64,000 nucleotides of DNA from Camelus dromedarius (Eukaryota): contig NC_087438.1 in NCBI RefSeq assembly GCF_036321535.1, positions 1,676,001 through 1,740,000 of the forward strand, given 5' to 3'. The translations under genes were made by a program, and so were the position numbers. Under the pieces are notes generated by a model. It was not told the DNA's origin. It did no database searches and saw only the letters and a list, made by a program, of their open reading frames with translations. Positions 24,213 through 37,500 of this stretch are shown here, one piece after another; the first letter of the stretch is position 1, and each line of letters starts with the position of its first letter.

Positions 24213-27200
24213 CTGGGCCAGTCTTGGTTGCACAGGGGCCCCCGTGCTGGCATGAGAAGGAGCAGTGATAAGACAGGGCAGGTGCCACCTGGAGCCACTC
24301 AGGAGGGGGACCGACACCCGGCCCGAAGCCCAGGGCCCAGTGACACAGTATCCCACACAAGTTAACCAGAAGTTCTCCAGCTTTAACTCGGAGATGACCA
24401 GGTGTTAAACACACTTCTGAAAGGGTGAACAGCAGGTTCTGCGCACAACTTGACCTCACAGATGGTAAAAATGCAGAAAGTGAGTGCCTCTCCTGTGTCG
24501 GCGGCACGCATGGCGCCTTCCCAGACATGCCGGCCGGCTCTCGCAGAGGGCCTCTCCCAGCGCTGGCGGGTCCTGGCAAGCGCCTGTCCGCACCTCCTCC
24601 TTCTGTCACCCTGGGGGGTGGCTCCACATGCCGCAGCCTGCCCTGTCTCCTCGGGGCCTCGGCCAGGGCCGCCTGGCTCGCGGGGGAAGAGTTCAGCCTG
24701 TCTGCCCAACGCCGTCCTGGGCCCCCTGGGTGTGCCAGCGTCTCTGGGAGTGAGCGGGCATCATGGTCCCTTGGGGCAGGGACTGAGCTGACCATGCAGC
24801 TGGGCACCTCCCCAGCTTGACGCTTTGTACCTCCACAGACGGCTGCACTGCGGGGTTTTCCATGTGATACGTGCACACACGCAGACGGAGCCTTGGGAGC
24901 TAAACTCCCCCACCTTGTAGTGACCTGTCTGTGTCCCTGTGGCATCACCAGTGTCTCCAGGGAGCCAGGCCTTGAGATGAGCGAGGCCCCCACGCCTGTC
25001 GGAGCTGAGCCCCCAGGTCGCCCCCGGGACCCAGCCGTGGGGTCTTCCAGACACGACGTGCCCAAGCCCCACAGGGACCACGCGGGGCCTACGGCCGCCA
25101 GGGCTGCTCTGCCCCAATGCGTCTTGGTGAAATCAAAGTACTCATAGTTCCTGAGGCTTCAGGTTCTGCCTTCCAAGTGCTTTTCCTGGAGCGTCTCTGA
25201 AAGAGCCCCATGGAAAGCGCGGTCCGGGAGGCAGCACGCCTCAGACCGACTCGCGATCCAGAGGGCGGGGCCGCGAAAGGGCGCCGGGAGAGCGCCCTTC
25301 TCGTCTCTGAAGTTCCGGAAGCAGAAAGCACACCTTCGAGCGGAGCCTGCACCGCCCACGCGCAAAGCTCCACGCGCGTCTCACTGAGACGTGACGCTGC
25401 ACGTCGGAAACTGACACAACGCTGCAGACCGACTACACTGCAACCAAAAAAGAATTAGAAAAGATGTTCCATGTGCGCTTTGCTTGGCTGGGGCTCGTCC
25501 TAAGGAAAAAGGAACTGGGAGCCGTGAGGGTCTGTCTGTCCGTCAGCATCCCCATCATAAGGGGGGGACCAGCACTAAAGACAGCGCTTAAAGTACAGAA
25601 TCCTGTAGGAAAGACTCCGTGTAAAGCCCAGAGGAAGAGAAACTCTCCCACAGCAGCCTGTGTGAGTCCCCACAGCGTTTATCAGGGACCACGAGGGTTG
25701 TTCCGGAGAAGCATGCAGACTCCAGGTGGGCAGAGGACAGATCCACTCAAACATACCTGCATCACTGAGCACTCAGCCAGCACCTGCTGTGGGCCTGGCC
25801 CCTGCCCGGCCCTGGGGAAACGGTGGCACGGGGTGGAGGGTCTGTCCCATCAGCTCGCGCGCACTCGGAGAGGAGCACAGCTGTGCCCGGAGCGCGAGCG
25901 CCCCGCAGGGACGCGCACCTGCGGTCCCCGGGCCGCTCCTCGGGGCGGACTCGCTCCGGGCTGCAGGACACTCACACCAGGAGCCACTCGGACGAGAAGA
26001 GCTTTGACTCTTCTGAGAGAGGAGTTCAAGCTGGCTTTTCCTGGCACGATGCAGAATTCACAATTCCGCTCCGGACATTGACCTTAAATGGCAAAGTGTA
26101 AGAGCAGGAGCCGAAAGCCCCGCCCTCCCTGCGCTCGGCGAGGGTTGAGCGCGTTCACCTCAGACAGTCCCGGGCAGCTGCGGAGGTTTCAGACGACTGC
26201 CCATCCCGACCCTCACTCGCATCCCAAACCCTGACCAGCAAAACGCGGGGGGGGGGGGGTCGATGTCTCTGACATCTTCCCCTCCTCGCTCTCCCTGGGA
26301 ATTCCACGTCAAATAGTAAAGAGTAACATTTATTTCCTCCCAGAAAATCGCGGAGACACACGAACAGTGGGAGGCATCCCGCCACGAGTTACCGGGAACA
26401 AACAAGCAGCATTTCCCTGGGTCCAAAAAACAAACGTAAAATCATCACTTTTCATGGACGCTGGGCAGGTCTCTGCCTCCTCGTGGCGCCCAGACCCGGG
26501 AGCTCTGCGGTCCCGCTGCTCAGCGGGCGCGTCCCTGGGAAGCCGGCTCTAAGCCGGCTGGCGCCTCACTGAAGACCTGCATGTTGTGGGTAAGGAGCCA
26601 GGACGAAGCACTAGGTTAGCGCTTGGCCTGTTTAATCTGTTAATCTGCCACCTCTGGACATGATTTTAAATCCACTCCAGAGCAGAGTGACTGAGAATCA
26701 CTCTGGTCTGACGGCTTTAAAAGATCACAAGTGAACTGTGTCAAGAAGGCCTCGGCCCACCGACGCCGCCCAAGGACGGCTGCTGCCAGTTCCTCTGGCC
26801 GGTGAGGCTTCTCCGCCCTCCTGCTGGGAGCGTCCAAATCAGACCACGGCGCAGCAGCAAGGAGAGGCTCCCACCAGGCAGGATTAACGGCATGAGTCTG
26901 TGCTGCATCAGACCGGGGCCACCAGCGATCATTGCCGTGGAGGACCCCCAGGTCCTGGAGGTTCACTCCGTCCCTGCTGGGACATGTCCCGAGACCACAC
27001 GGGGCAGCTGAAAGGGGGAGATGCAGGACACGCACTCAGTCGATGGAGCCTTGCGGTGCGACGCAAGAGAAAACTTATTTTTTTAAATCAGAGTTTCTAT
27101 TTTGATGACACTGAAGTCAAGTGTGTCTGTATTTTCATAACAGATGACTGAGACACTGCTTCTCGGCCAGTCCCTGTGCTCACCAGCCCAGGTCACCCCC

Positions 27201-28349
27201 ATGGCCAGGATCGGCCCCCCTGAACAGACTCCACACGCATCTCCCCATGAGCATGGTCTCTAAGGACGCCAAGGCGGTCCCCGTGCCGCAGACACCCCAG
27301 CCAGCCCCTGCCCAGCCCGGGGGCACAACTCACCGCTCTCAGCCACTTCCCAAGTCACTGGAGAATGAGACACCAGTACAAACCGGGCTTCTCCCCTTGC
27401 TCCTAGGTCCAATGGGCACATCTGGCCATTTGGAGGCACATCTTTTGACTCCACGAAGTGTAGGGACCTCAAGGAATTGCCCACACAGGGAGGAGAAGGG
27501 GAGGAGCGTCAGCAGAGAGAGATGGGACACCCGGGGAAGGAGGACAGAAGACCAGGATGCAGAGGAGGAAAGCCTGGAGGCCATGGACGGGGGCCCACGA
27601 AGCTGCCTTTGGAGGGGATGACAAAACACTTCAACAGGGCCAGCTGGAGGGGACTAAGGCGTGAGTTGTGGAGACGGACGGTGAGGTGTGGGTGCTCCTC
27701 CCAGTATCCCGCAGAGAACGGGGAAACCAGGCGGAGCCTGGGTGCAGCAGGGGCCTGGAGAAGGCTGAGAGTGGGGCTGGCTGCGCTGAAAAGGCGGAGA
27801 CATGGCAAGTGTGTGGGGCCGGCGTGGAGGGACTGGAAGCGGGTGACCTCCAGCAAAGATGATGTGGTGGCCATGATGAGGCTGGAGCAGAAGGCCCCAC
27901 CCCCTGACACCCACCTGGGAGGCCACCTGTGCAGGAAGCTCCGTTCCCGCCAAGGCTTCCGGCCCCGACCCATCTTCTCTCTGCCTGGGGAGCCACCTGC
28001 TGCCACTGGAGTGGGAGCCAGTGGATAAACATCTCAGTGACCCCACCAAGGCGCGTCCCCTGGGGTCTCCTGGCCCCCTCCCGTGTTGCCTCCCAAGTGA
28101 GCTCTTTGCCAGATCCTTTACTCAGAAACTGCGCTGGGGTAGCCCACTGTAAGAGGTTGTAAGGCACTGGTGAGGGAACTGGGGAGCTGCTATCAAAGTG
28201 CCTCCTGGAAAAAAGCAGAAGGCCGGCCAGTGCTGCACAGAGAGGTGGAGGGGGAGGCGTGGGAGCGGCCCGGGGGCGGAGTGCTGGGGGGGTTCTGGTC
28301 TCAGAAAATGCTCCCTTTGGCCCTTTTAGAAGAAAACACTGATGATGAG

Positions 28350-29300
28350 AAACCACAGCCGCGGCCAAGGTCACCGGCACGGGGCCCCCTTGCCAGTGAC
28401 AGGACGAGGCCGGGTTAGGCCGCGCGAAGGGCACGCAGCCCCCGTGACAGCCGTGCGCGCCCGCCGCAGACCGGCGTGGCTGAGCCCTGGGCGGAGGTGC
28501 TTCCCTCTCCGCCGTCACGTCGCCCTGCGTGTCAGGGAAGGACCACCGCTCCTCCTCCTCCCCCTGGACGCGCTCCTTGTTCGTTGGCTTTTTTAGTTAG
28601 AAGAGACTCTAAGCCTCCCCGGGGTCCCCAGCTTAATAAGCCCCTTCCTCTGGATGCCGAATGGGACAGGAGACAGCCCAGAAAGACCGCTGGACACTAA
28701 ATACAGCGGGAGCTGCCGCCTCGGAAGCGCCTGCTGTCCCCCGCTCACTCCGGGGAGCCGCGGCGCCGCCCTCCTCCCGGCCTGCGCGCGCCCACGGGCC
28801 TGCGGGGCCCCGGCGCCCCGAGCTCCAGGCCTCCGCCCGCGCCTCCCGCGGCCCCCCCCCCCCCGCCCGTGCGGCCGCGTCCCCGGGGCCCAGGCCCGGC
28901 TGCACCCTCGCCTCTGCACGGGGTTCTGCCGGGAGCCTGCCGCGCGCCCTCTCACCCGGCCTTCCCGCCTCCCGTCGTAAACGCCACCCTCCAGCAGGCT
29001 GAGAGCGACTTGGTGTGTTTTTCTTAGAAAGCCCAGCTCTTCGCGATGACTCAGGATTGGCAGGGATGTCCCCCTTTCAGCACGCGGCCTGCGTGCTCCA
29101 GTGCGGTGTACAGTCCCCCCCCGTCGCTTCCCTCCCTGCCCCCTCCTCTCCCGAGTGACCGCCTTCACCGCCGGGCCCGTGGACCCTTTCCTCGTCCACT
29201 TCACCAGAGCGAGCAGGCGCCGCCGTGCTCCTCTCGCCGTCTCTCCGACGCAAGGGTCTCTCGGTCCTGCGTGCCTGACATCACAGTGTCCCCGGGTGCC
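28350..29300. promoter_or_regulatory. CpG-island-like segment
   Basis: Extremely GC- and CpG-rich core at 28700-28990. Confidence 0.6.
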
Positions 29301-29384
29301 CCATACCCTGCGGCTGGAGGGGGCTCTGACTCCCCTTCCCCGTGTGGCTTCCTGGGTCTGTGATCACCTGCTCCCCGACGGGTT

Positions 29385-29855
29385 CCCTGCGCTCTCCTTC
29401 CTGTGGCTGCTGTGACAACGCACCACAAACTGAGGGGCTTAAAACACCAAAAATGTGTTCTCTCACAGCTCTGGGAGTCAGACTGAACCAAGGCGCTGGC
29501 CCAGCCATGCTGCCTCGTCTCCAGGGGACGGTCCATCCTGCCCCTTTCAGCTGCTGGTGGTCCTGGTGTCCCAGGCTTGTGGTCCCATCACTCCAATCTC
29601 TGCCTCCATCTTCACGGGACCTCCTCCGGGACCCCCGTTCTCCGTCTGTCCGTCTAATCTCTGTCTGCCTCCCACTCTCAGGAGCCCTGACATTGGATCT
29701 AGGGCCCACCCAGGGAGTCCAGGGAAAGCGCCTCATCCCAGAACCCTTCATCACATCTTCCCTTTTCCCTTTTCCCTTTTCCCAAATAAGATGCCATTCA
29801 CAGGTCTGGGGTCAGGACATGGACAGTCTTCGGAGGCCACCATTCACCCCACCGC
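29385..29855 (-). mobile_element. MLT1C-like solo LTR, near full length
   Basis: tggctgctgtgacaacgcaccacaaactg..ggcttaaaacac..tctcacagctctgggag..tggatctagggcccaccca..aaataag..cattcacagg..ggtcaggacatggaca..ggccaccattcacccca. Confidence 0.85.
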
Positions 29856-31399
29856 AGTTGACAACGTTGAATGTCTCACTGCAGTGGGAACTCCTGGGCC
29901 AGCCCTGCTTCCCAGTGTGGAGACAAGTCCTCAGCACACCCTCCAGGAGAGGTGTTGGGGGCTGGGGGTGGCTGCCGGGCAGTTTTGCTAGCTTTTGTCC
30001 AACTTCCCTCCACGGGTTGCCTTTCTCTTACACGTGTGAGGCCGGACCTCTATCCGTGGGCTTAAAGGCAATTTCACGTGCTTGCATTTTCAGCGACATG
30101 TCTTTCCTTGTCACGCATGAGATGAACACTCATCTATTGAGTGTTTGGGTCTCTTTTTCCCTTGACTATTTAAAACATCTTAAAAATTAAGGTTTTTAGC
30201 CCTTAAGCTAAGATAGGAGCTGTTACTGTGTCCCCAGTTGGCATTGCTTTGGATCAAGGTGACTTGGGGGGTTTGGGGCCACGCGCACTTTTGTACAGTG
30301 TGGTTTTATTACTTTTCTTGACTTAATTGCATCTTTATTTGGATCGTGGTGGGAAGGCGTTCACTAGTCAGGTTAGAAGTGAACTCGTCCATGTGCTCTG
30401 AGAGTGCACTCAAAATCTCATTGAAATTTTTTTTCATATGGACCTCTGACCCTTTTTACAGGGCAGAGGCCTCTGAAGGGAGCCCCTGCCTCGGGGCAGA
30501 TGAGGCCTCGGGGTGCTGTGATGGATGGAAGCCCCTGCTCACACTGACCAGTGAATTAGCCGGGACGACTCCGGCACCCAGGATGGACCTGCCCTTGGAA
30601 GACGCACGGGTCACAGATGGCTGGTGCGGAAGGCACTCTGAGCGCTAGACAGGCCTCCGTCCTCCCTTTCCAGCCGTCCAGGCCCCCATCTCCTCTTCAG
30701 GCAGTGGACGACCTGAGCTGCAGGTGCCCCCTCGTAATCCGGCGACACCAAACAGGAGCTCCCAGCATCCAGGAAGGAGTCCGATAGTTACAGCGAGGGA
30801 GCGGAGCCAGACCCGGGTGGAATCGGGCAGGACCCCACACCCTGCTCAGAGAGTGAGAGGTCACTCCAGGTTCGCGGTATCTCCACAAATTCTCAGATTA
30901 CACGCCCTCCTGAGAGAAGCAAAACCATCAGAGGACCACCCGGAAGCAGAGCATACCATTTCCAGTGCATTCTTGTGACGTTCTGTACCATGTACAGTCA
31001 TTTTCCAAAATCAACACTTTTTTTTCCAGCACTTAGGCAAATGTAGATCTCAAAAAAGCCTAAAACCAAACTTAGGAGAAAAAATAAAGCATCCATTCAC
31101 AGAATTTAGCATACCCTTGTCCTCAAAAATGAAGTTGGTTCACACACAGTTTAAGCAAAGTATCTACAATTCTGGCCCCAAATGCATGTTTACTTACAGT
31201 TCACAGGGGAGAGGTGACTGGTCAGGCAACTCGCTCGTGGCTAACAGACCATCACAGGGAGACGGACTCTCCGTGGCGACCACGCCCGCACATTTCAACA
31301 CACACCATCACTGGCCTTGTTGCTGGAAGCTTCTGTCCCATCTGGACGCCATGAATGGGGGTCACCCCCCGGGTGCACAGGCACCAAGCACAAAGCACT

Positions 31400-32300
31400 C
31401 TCTACATGTACATGTTAGACGCCCACTTCTGAGACACTCCTGACAGCTGTCAGTGTGTCCTGTTATCTGTTTTTAAACAACAAAGTTGGGGGAAAAAACA
31501 TTATGCAAAAAAGAAGTCTAATTCTCTTCCATTGTGCATTTATAGAATATTTATAGGCTATTTATAGACGGCCTGTGCACACAGTCCATGCCATCAGCGT
31601 GTTTAAAATAGGCACTTTCTGAGCTGGGGCCTGGGCTGGGGCCTCCCCTCCTCCCTGGGCCCTGAAGTCTCTTGGCAGTCGCTTCTGGAACCAGTTCAGG
31701 AGCACGACATTGACACTGGGATCCTACCTCTGGCTTCAGTATTATTTGCAAATTTAAAATAACAAAGTGTTAAAAATAAATGTGTATTGTAACAAGTAAC
31801 TCCCAACGATAAATGCATCAAGGCAGTGGAACCAACTACCTTTAAGGGATTAAAATTGAAGTTGATGATGACCCCACATTATTCATTACATTAAATGGAG
31901 ATGCCTTTAAATTTATATTAAATTCAATTTAAATGCCATCAAGACCATGGTCGACAAAGTCCTGATGGATGAATATTTTAGTCTGATTCTGTGGCGGTGA
32001 ACTTTATTTTTGTACCTTGAGGCAAGGTGATGGAGATTTTATATGCAGTCGGTTGAACTGGGTTTGTAGTAACATCACTTATGATTTCCATAAAATAAAA
32101 TTTTATCTTTAAAAAAACGACTTTAGGAGGTTTAAGTCTTGAACTCCAAAAACATTTCTTCAGGCTTCCCTTGGCTTCACTCACAGCTTTATATTCTGAA
32201 ATCCAATCGCTTTCTCACATCACTTTTCAGAGCCTCTCTGGTTTAGAATGAACAATGAGTCGTTTTAAAGGTTTTTGGTTTGATGTTGGTACTCGGTGGT
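31400..32300. promoter_or_regulatory. Candidate developmental enhancer
   Basis: AT-rich unique sequence with a TGACAGCTGTCA palindrome, a PBX-HOX-type TGATGGATG and GGATTA. Confidence 0.5.
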
Positions 32301-34521
32301 CTTTCACCTCGATTCTTCCACTTCCAGCTCTCGGTCGTAGGGGAAAAGGGCCCCACGCAGAGCTTCCCTCGGAGCTGGCGGTGAACGTGTGTGTGCTGAG
32401 GGAATGAGCGGACCAGTAAGTAATTGGTCAGTCGTAATTAACCAGCCTCTGTAACTGTTTCTCAGCAAGAACAGGCAGCTTCCGTCTGCCTCCTGGGAGA
32501 GGCCTGTGCTGCAGAGTCTGCGAGCCCCACCGCCAGCGACACAGCCGGTCTCCCTGAAGAGATTCTCGGGGACAGCAACATTGATGCTGTCGATGCAGAG
32601 AAACAGGTCACTGTCTGTGGGCCGCGCCACCAGCCTCTGCTCTAGAGGCTTCTGTCTAAGCTCCTCGAGTTCAGGGGAGGGTCCTCTCTCAATATCTGGT
32701 TCCCAGAATTGAGGGCCCGGCTTCCCAGAGGAGGGTCTTTCCTGGAGGCTGACAGAAGCTCGGGGCTGGGAGCTCGCTTTGCCAGGTACTCCCGGGGCCC
32801 TGTGACTTCCTTCAGCCCGGCGGCTTTCTCACTCCTGTCCTTGCTCATCTAGCCAATGGCTCGTTTCTCCCTAAATCGAGGCAGCCCCAGCCCCAGGGGC
32901 AGGGCAGGTGGAGCTGCAAGCCGGGGGCCACTGCTCAGCTGTGACTCTCAAAATCGCTTTTTTTAAAAAGGAGTCCACGAGATTTGGGAGCCAGAACTCA
33001 ACTGCAAAAGCCAAGTTCTTGAGAAAACGAAGAAACAAACAAACAAGCAAAGGCATTTCTTGAGCTCCGAAGGCTTTCCTTGAATCGTCACAGACCAGAG
33101 CTGCTAGGGGACAAGCAGGCCGGTCCCGCGGGCAGTGGAAGAATTTACCAGAAGTAAAGAAAAGCCGTCAGCTACAGTGCGGCAGGCAGCGCTGGGCGGA
33201 CAGAGGCAGAGGCGTGTGTGCCCCGAGGGCCGCTGGCTGGGGCCTCCTATAAGGGAGTGGCTCTAACTCCTCGTGCTGGTGGGACACTGGGCGCTGGAAG
33301 GGTCTCAGACGCATCATCCGTTGTTGCACAGTCGTCTGAGGGCTTGACGGTGAGGGGACGGGAAGGGCGGGGGCTCGGGAGGGCAGGGCTGGGCCTTGTG
33401 GTCGGGGCTGCGACCGGTTCCGGGGGTCAGGTTGCCGGGCGCCGCAGGGATGGTCATTTCCTCACGGAGGCTCCGTGACCTGCAAAGGGCAGCCTCCGGG
33501 CACCCGAGGGGCTTGGGGCCGATGTCTGCGGACCCCTTGAAGCTGGTTCCCATGTGACGGCGTGGCGTGCTGGGAGCGGGGTGCGCTTTGTGTTTTCTGG
33601 TCTTTGTCTTCGTTACACGGGTGGTGAGGATGCAGGCGGACGTCTTGTGACTGGAGACCTGCCCTCCGTGGGGCCTCTTACCAGTCCTTGCACCCCACAG
33701 AGCCTGGTGGCCACAGGGCGGTGAGCCCACCCCACAGAGAGGGGCACAGTGAACGCCAGGGTCCTTCTGCCAACGGAGGGAAGGAAGGTCTGAGTCAGGG
33801 ACCCCGCCCACTGCCCGAGGGCCCCCGACTCGCAGGCAGGAAGGAGGGCTTGGATGGGGCATGTGCCCTGGACAGAGCCTGGGGCCCCACTGGCAGCTCG
33901 GGAGGACTCAGGGCGGCTCCCAGAGTCAGAAGTCAAGTGTGCTCAGACCTCGGACCAACGGGAGCCACCCGAGCCTAAGTCTCGGGAGGGGGCGGGGCCC
34001 GGGGGTGCGGGGTCACAGCCCAGCACAGACACGGCCGGGGCGGGGGCAGAGAGGCAGGCGCGGGAGGGGGACGGATGGGACGGGTCGCATCTGCCCGCCA
34101 CCACCTGGCTGTCCCCGACCAAGCAGCTTCTGAGGGAGCTGATCCTGACGCAGAGGAAGGAGGTCCACCTCTGCACGACCGCCCAGTGAGGATGGTGATT
34201 TTCAGACTCAGAAGCTATAGAGTGAAAAAGAGACGGCCCGCTTTCTCGGTACCTCCCCGCCCTGAAGGCAGGAAGCACAGGCAGCCTCCTGGATGCCCAG
34301 ATGGTCGGGGGGAAAGGGGATGGAAGGTAACTTCACACCCACACGTCCCTTCCCCTTCCACCGACGGTGCCCAGGGCCACCTCCGCCTGCCACTCGGCTC
34401 GCTGTGTGCGCACCAGTGTTCAGCCCGCTACCTGGGGCTGTGGAGGAAGATTCTCCACTGTGAGCTTCAGCCTCAACGTCAGAGACGTTTCAGAGACAAC
34501 AAGGGGACCACGGAGAACTGA

Positions 34522-34590
34522 GATCATTCATTCATGCAAAAGTATTTGCCGAGCACCTGCCACACGCAAAGGATTGTGTTAAGGTGACCA
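34522..34590 (-). mobile_element. L2 3'-terminal fragment
   Basis: tcattcattcatgcaaaagtatttgccgagcacctgc resembles the L2 terminal CATTCAACAAATATTTATTGAGCACCTAC. Confidence 0.55.
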
Positions 34591-37500
34591 ACACAGCCGC
34601 GAGCCGCGTTGCACTCAGTCAGCGCTGACCGGCAAGCGTTCTCGCTGATACTCTTTAGAGTCGCCGTGGGACGTCCCTCCAGGACGGGTTCTGGTGACTT
34701 TGGTCGGTCCTTCCTTTGGGTGTCCTCTCAGGTCCGTTGGGACTGCTTCCGGCTGCAAGTGCCCTGCAAGAGGACTTCGAGGAGGAAGGCACAAAATGAC
34801 AAGCTCCTGGCTGGGAATGCCAACACACGTACGTCCCGGGGACCACGGTCTCCGCACATCCCGTTTCTTGTCCACTGCAGAGCCTGAGCCCGCCCCGGCC
34901 CTCCGGGCAGCGCATCTCCCTCAGCGGCTCGCGGGGAGGAGGGGGCCAGGCAGGAAATGCGGACAGCGTGCTGTGTTTTGATTATCATCAGGGAAAAAAG
35001 GTTTTCTCCGAGCCCCTCTCCTGCCCACCCCCCACACACACACCGCAGCCGTTCTCTGTCCTGCCTGAGGGCCTCGGCGGGGTCTGTGGTCCAGGCCCAG
35101 CAGCAGGAGGTGCTGGGGAGAAAACGTGCCACTTTTCCAGACTCCACAGAAGGAAGGAAGCAAGGGAGAAGGAAGGGGCTGAGCCCGAGGAGGCGGCAAC
35201 GACGTGGGCCACGTCTCCTGCAGGTGCGCCCAGCCACCTACAGTGTCACGGTCCTGCCTCAGAGTCAGTCCAAGGCTCCCCCGGTCCCTGTGTCTCAAGT
35301 GCGGCCTGTCAGGTGACGAGGGTGACTGTTCACAGAGACACCACGCACAGAGGCTTCCATTTCAGCCATCGCCCTCCAGACGACTAAGGAGTGCCTTTTG
35401 CAGATACGTGATCACACGCATCATTGCACTTAGCCTCGACTGTTCCATCTCCGGGATGGAAGGGGTGCAGCCTGGTGGCCGCACGACAGGTCTGGGTTCT
35501 CGAGTCCCCTCCCGCCTGAGCCACGTCCTCGAGGCTGGTCTGAAGCCCCCCATCCCCACAGTCAAAGAGAAGCCGCTGATCCAACAGTCGTCAGTGTCAA
35601 CCATGTCGAGGGCTTAATTTTGACTGTCCTGTTATTTTTATAAGTGTTTAGAAAGCTTATTTTTCCAAAAAGAGTTTCAAATGAATCCAAAATGAATCAT
35701 TTTTAAATAGCAGGAGGGAAGAATCAGTGCGGGAAGACGTTTAATTTCGGCTGGAAAGCAAAGATCTGTGACCCTGACGTATAAAGTATCAGCAGAGGAG
35801 CCCGGACGGGTCTGCCTGCCTCTCGGCCGCGCAGCGCCCAGCACAGGTTCAGAAAGAAACGCGACTTCCCAGCAGGGGGGCGCCCGGGGCGCTGCACACC
35901 GCTAACCTTCCACGTGATTGATTTAGAATGAAACTGCCGTGCGATTATGTGTACCTACACACCGTTTGTCAATTCAATATCTCTCTATATATTTTAAAGG
36001 AATATTTATTTGTTCTTAGAATCCCAATATATACATTTGTGAAGCAACTTACAAACTTTACCTGGTAGTTTGGAATTTCCCCCGTCACCGAGGGCCCTCG
36101 GGAGGCACCAAAACTTAATCATTCTGAGCAAAATAGCCCTGCCTCACGGTTAAAAATAGAAGCCATTATATTTCCTAGTTTCTGCCAAATTGCACATAAG
36201 TTAGCGGAGAGCCGGACGAGGTGATGAGTCTGTGCTGACTCAGCTCCTAGGCTGTCCTTGAGCCCAACAAGTGTCACAGGGACCGCGCAGCCCCGCCCGC
36301 ACCAGTGCACCGCGCGGAGGGGCGCCCGGGGTCTGGCCCCGAGCCCATCCCTGGTCAAACCTCCTCAGGTGAGCAGGCACTGAGGTCAGGGCCACCCGTG
36401 CACCCCGGAGCATCTCTGAGAAAAGCCAGCAGCCCCCAGGCCCTCAGGTACCTGGTTGAAAGGAACAAAGCCCCGCACGCACCTCTGCCCAGGTGTGCAC
36501 CCCGCACCCAGGGAGAGCCGCTTCGCTGGGGTCACATCCTCACACAGCAACAGGACTGCACGGGCCTGGCGGGACCTCAGGGAGCTTGGGGAGCTGGAGG
36601 CTGCTGGCTCCCCCACCGGGAACTTGGCTCAGTCTAAAATCCCCTGGATGTAAATTCCATGAATTTTTTTGATATTGAAAAGCTCCTAAGTCAGAAGATT
36701 GCATACTCACAATGGTCCTTATTATTTGAGGGAAAGGAAAGCATTATTATTAATTACATTACTAATTGCTTTCACCACATGTTGACGTCCATCGTCACTT
36801 AGATTCCTTGTGGTCACAGCAGCAGCAGAACTTGGCCATCAGGAATGTGAGGGGGGACAATTCCAGGTGACTCTGCACCTGTGGCTTTGGGATCCTGGGC
36901 AGAGGGCACTGGGGACAGGGCGGAGGTGTGCGGGTGACGACTGGGTGCTGGCTGGTTTGTCTGAGCCCTGAGTCCCCAGCCCACCCACATCAGTCCTGGG
37001 GCTGCAGCTGCTCCCGGGGCGACGCACGTGTGTGGCCCATCAGACGCTGGAAGAATCCTGGGTGCAGAGCCTGGCCTGGGGTGAGCACGGGGCCCGAGCC
37101 CTCTCCACGGCCAAGGTCACTGTCCAGAGATGACCCCGCCCCCGCCGGCCCAGGGAGCGTCCTCTCAGCAGCCTTGCTGTCCACCCCTGCACCCCCACTC
37201 TCTCTGACACCCCAAGGACAAGTGGACCTGGACACGCGGGCACACGGTTGTCCAGGAGAGGACAGGCACACCCCAGAAATGCCCTTCCCTCGGCAGGAGG
37301 CGAGGGGGGCCCCCAAGAGGAGTCCGTTCTGGGTTCGAGGGGGCTGTGACAAGGAGGGGCCCCCTCCGAGAGGCGGGGGGCTGGGCTTATGGCCCGTCCA
37401 GGAGCCCAAGTCTCATCCCAGGGCAGACCCCCTGGAGTCAGAGCCCCATGCGGTCCCCACCACCCTGTCCTAAAAGCGTCCTCTGCTCCTGAGCCAGCCG

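Noticed and set aside
35868..35885. CTCF-like motifs here and near 21022-21039, 38007-38022 and 62078-62092
   Set aside because: Each differs from the core by an indel or a key substitution; not supportable without PWM scoring or ChIP data.
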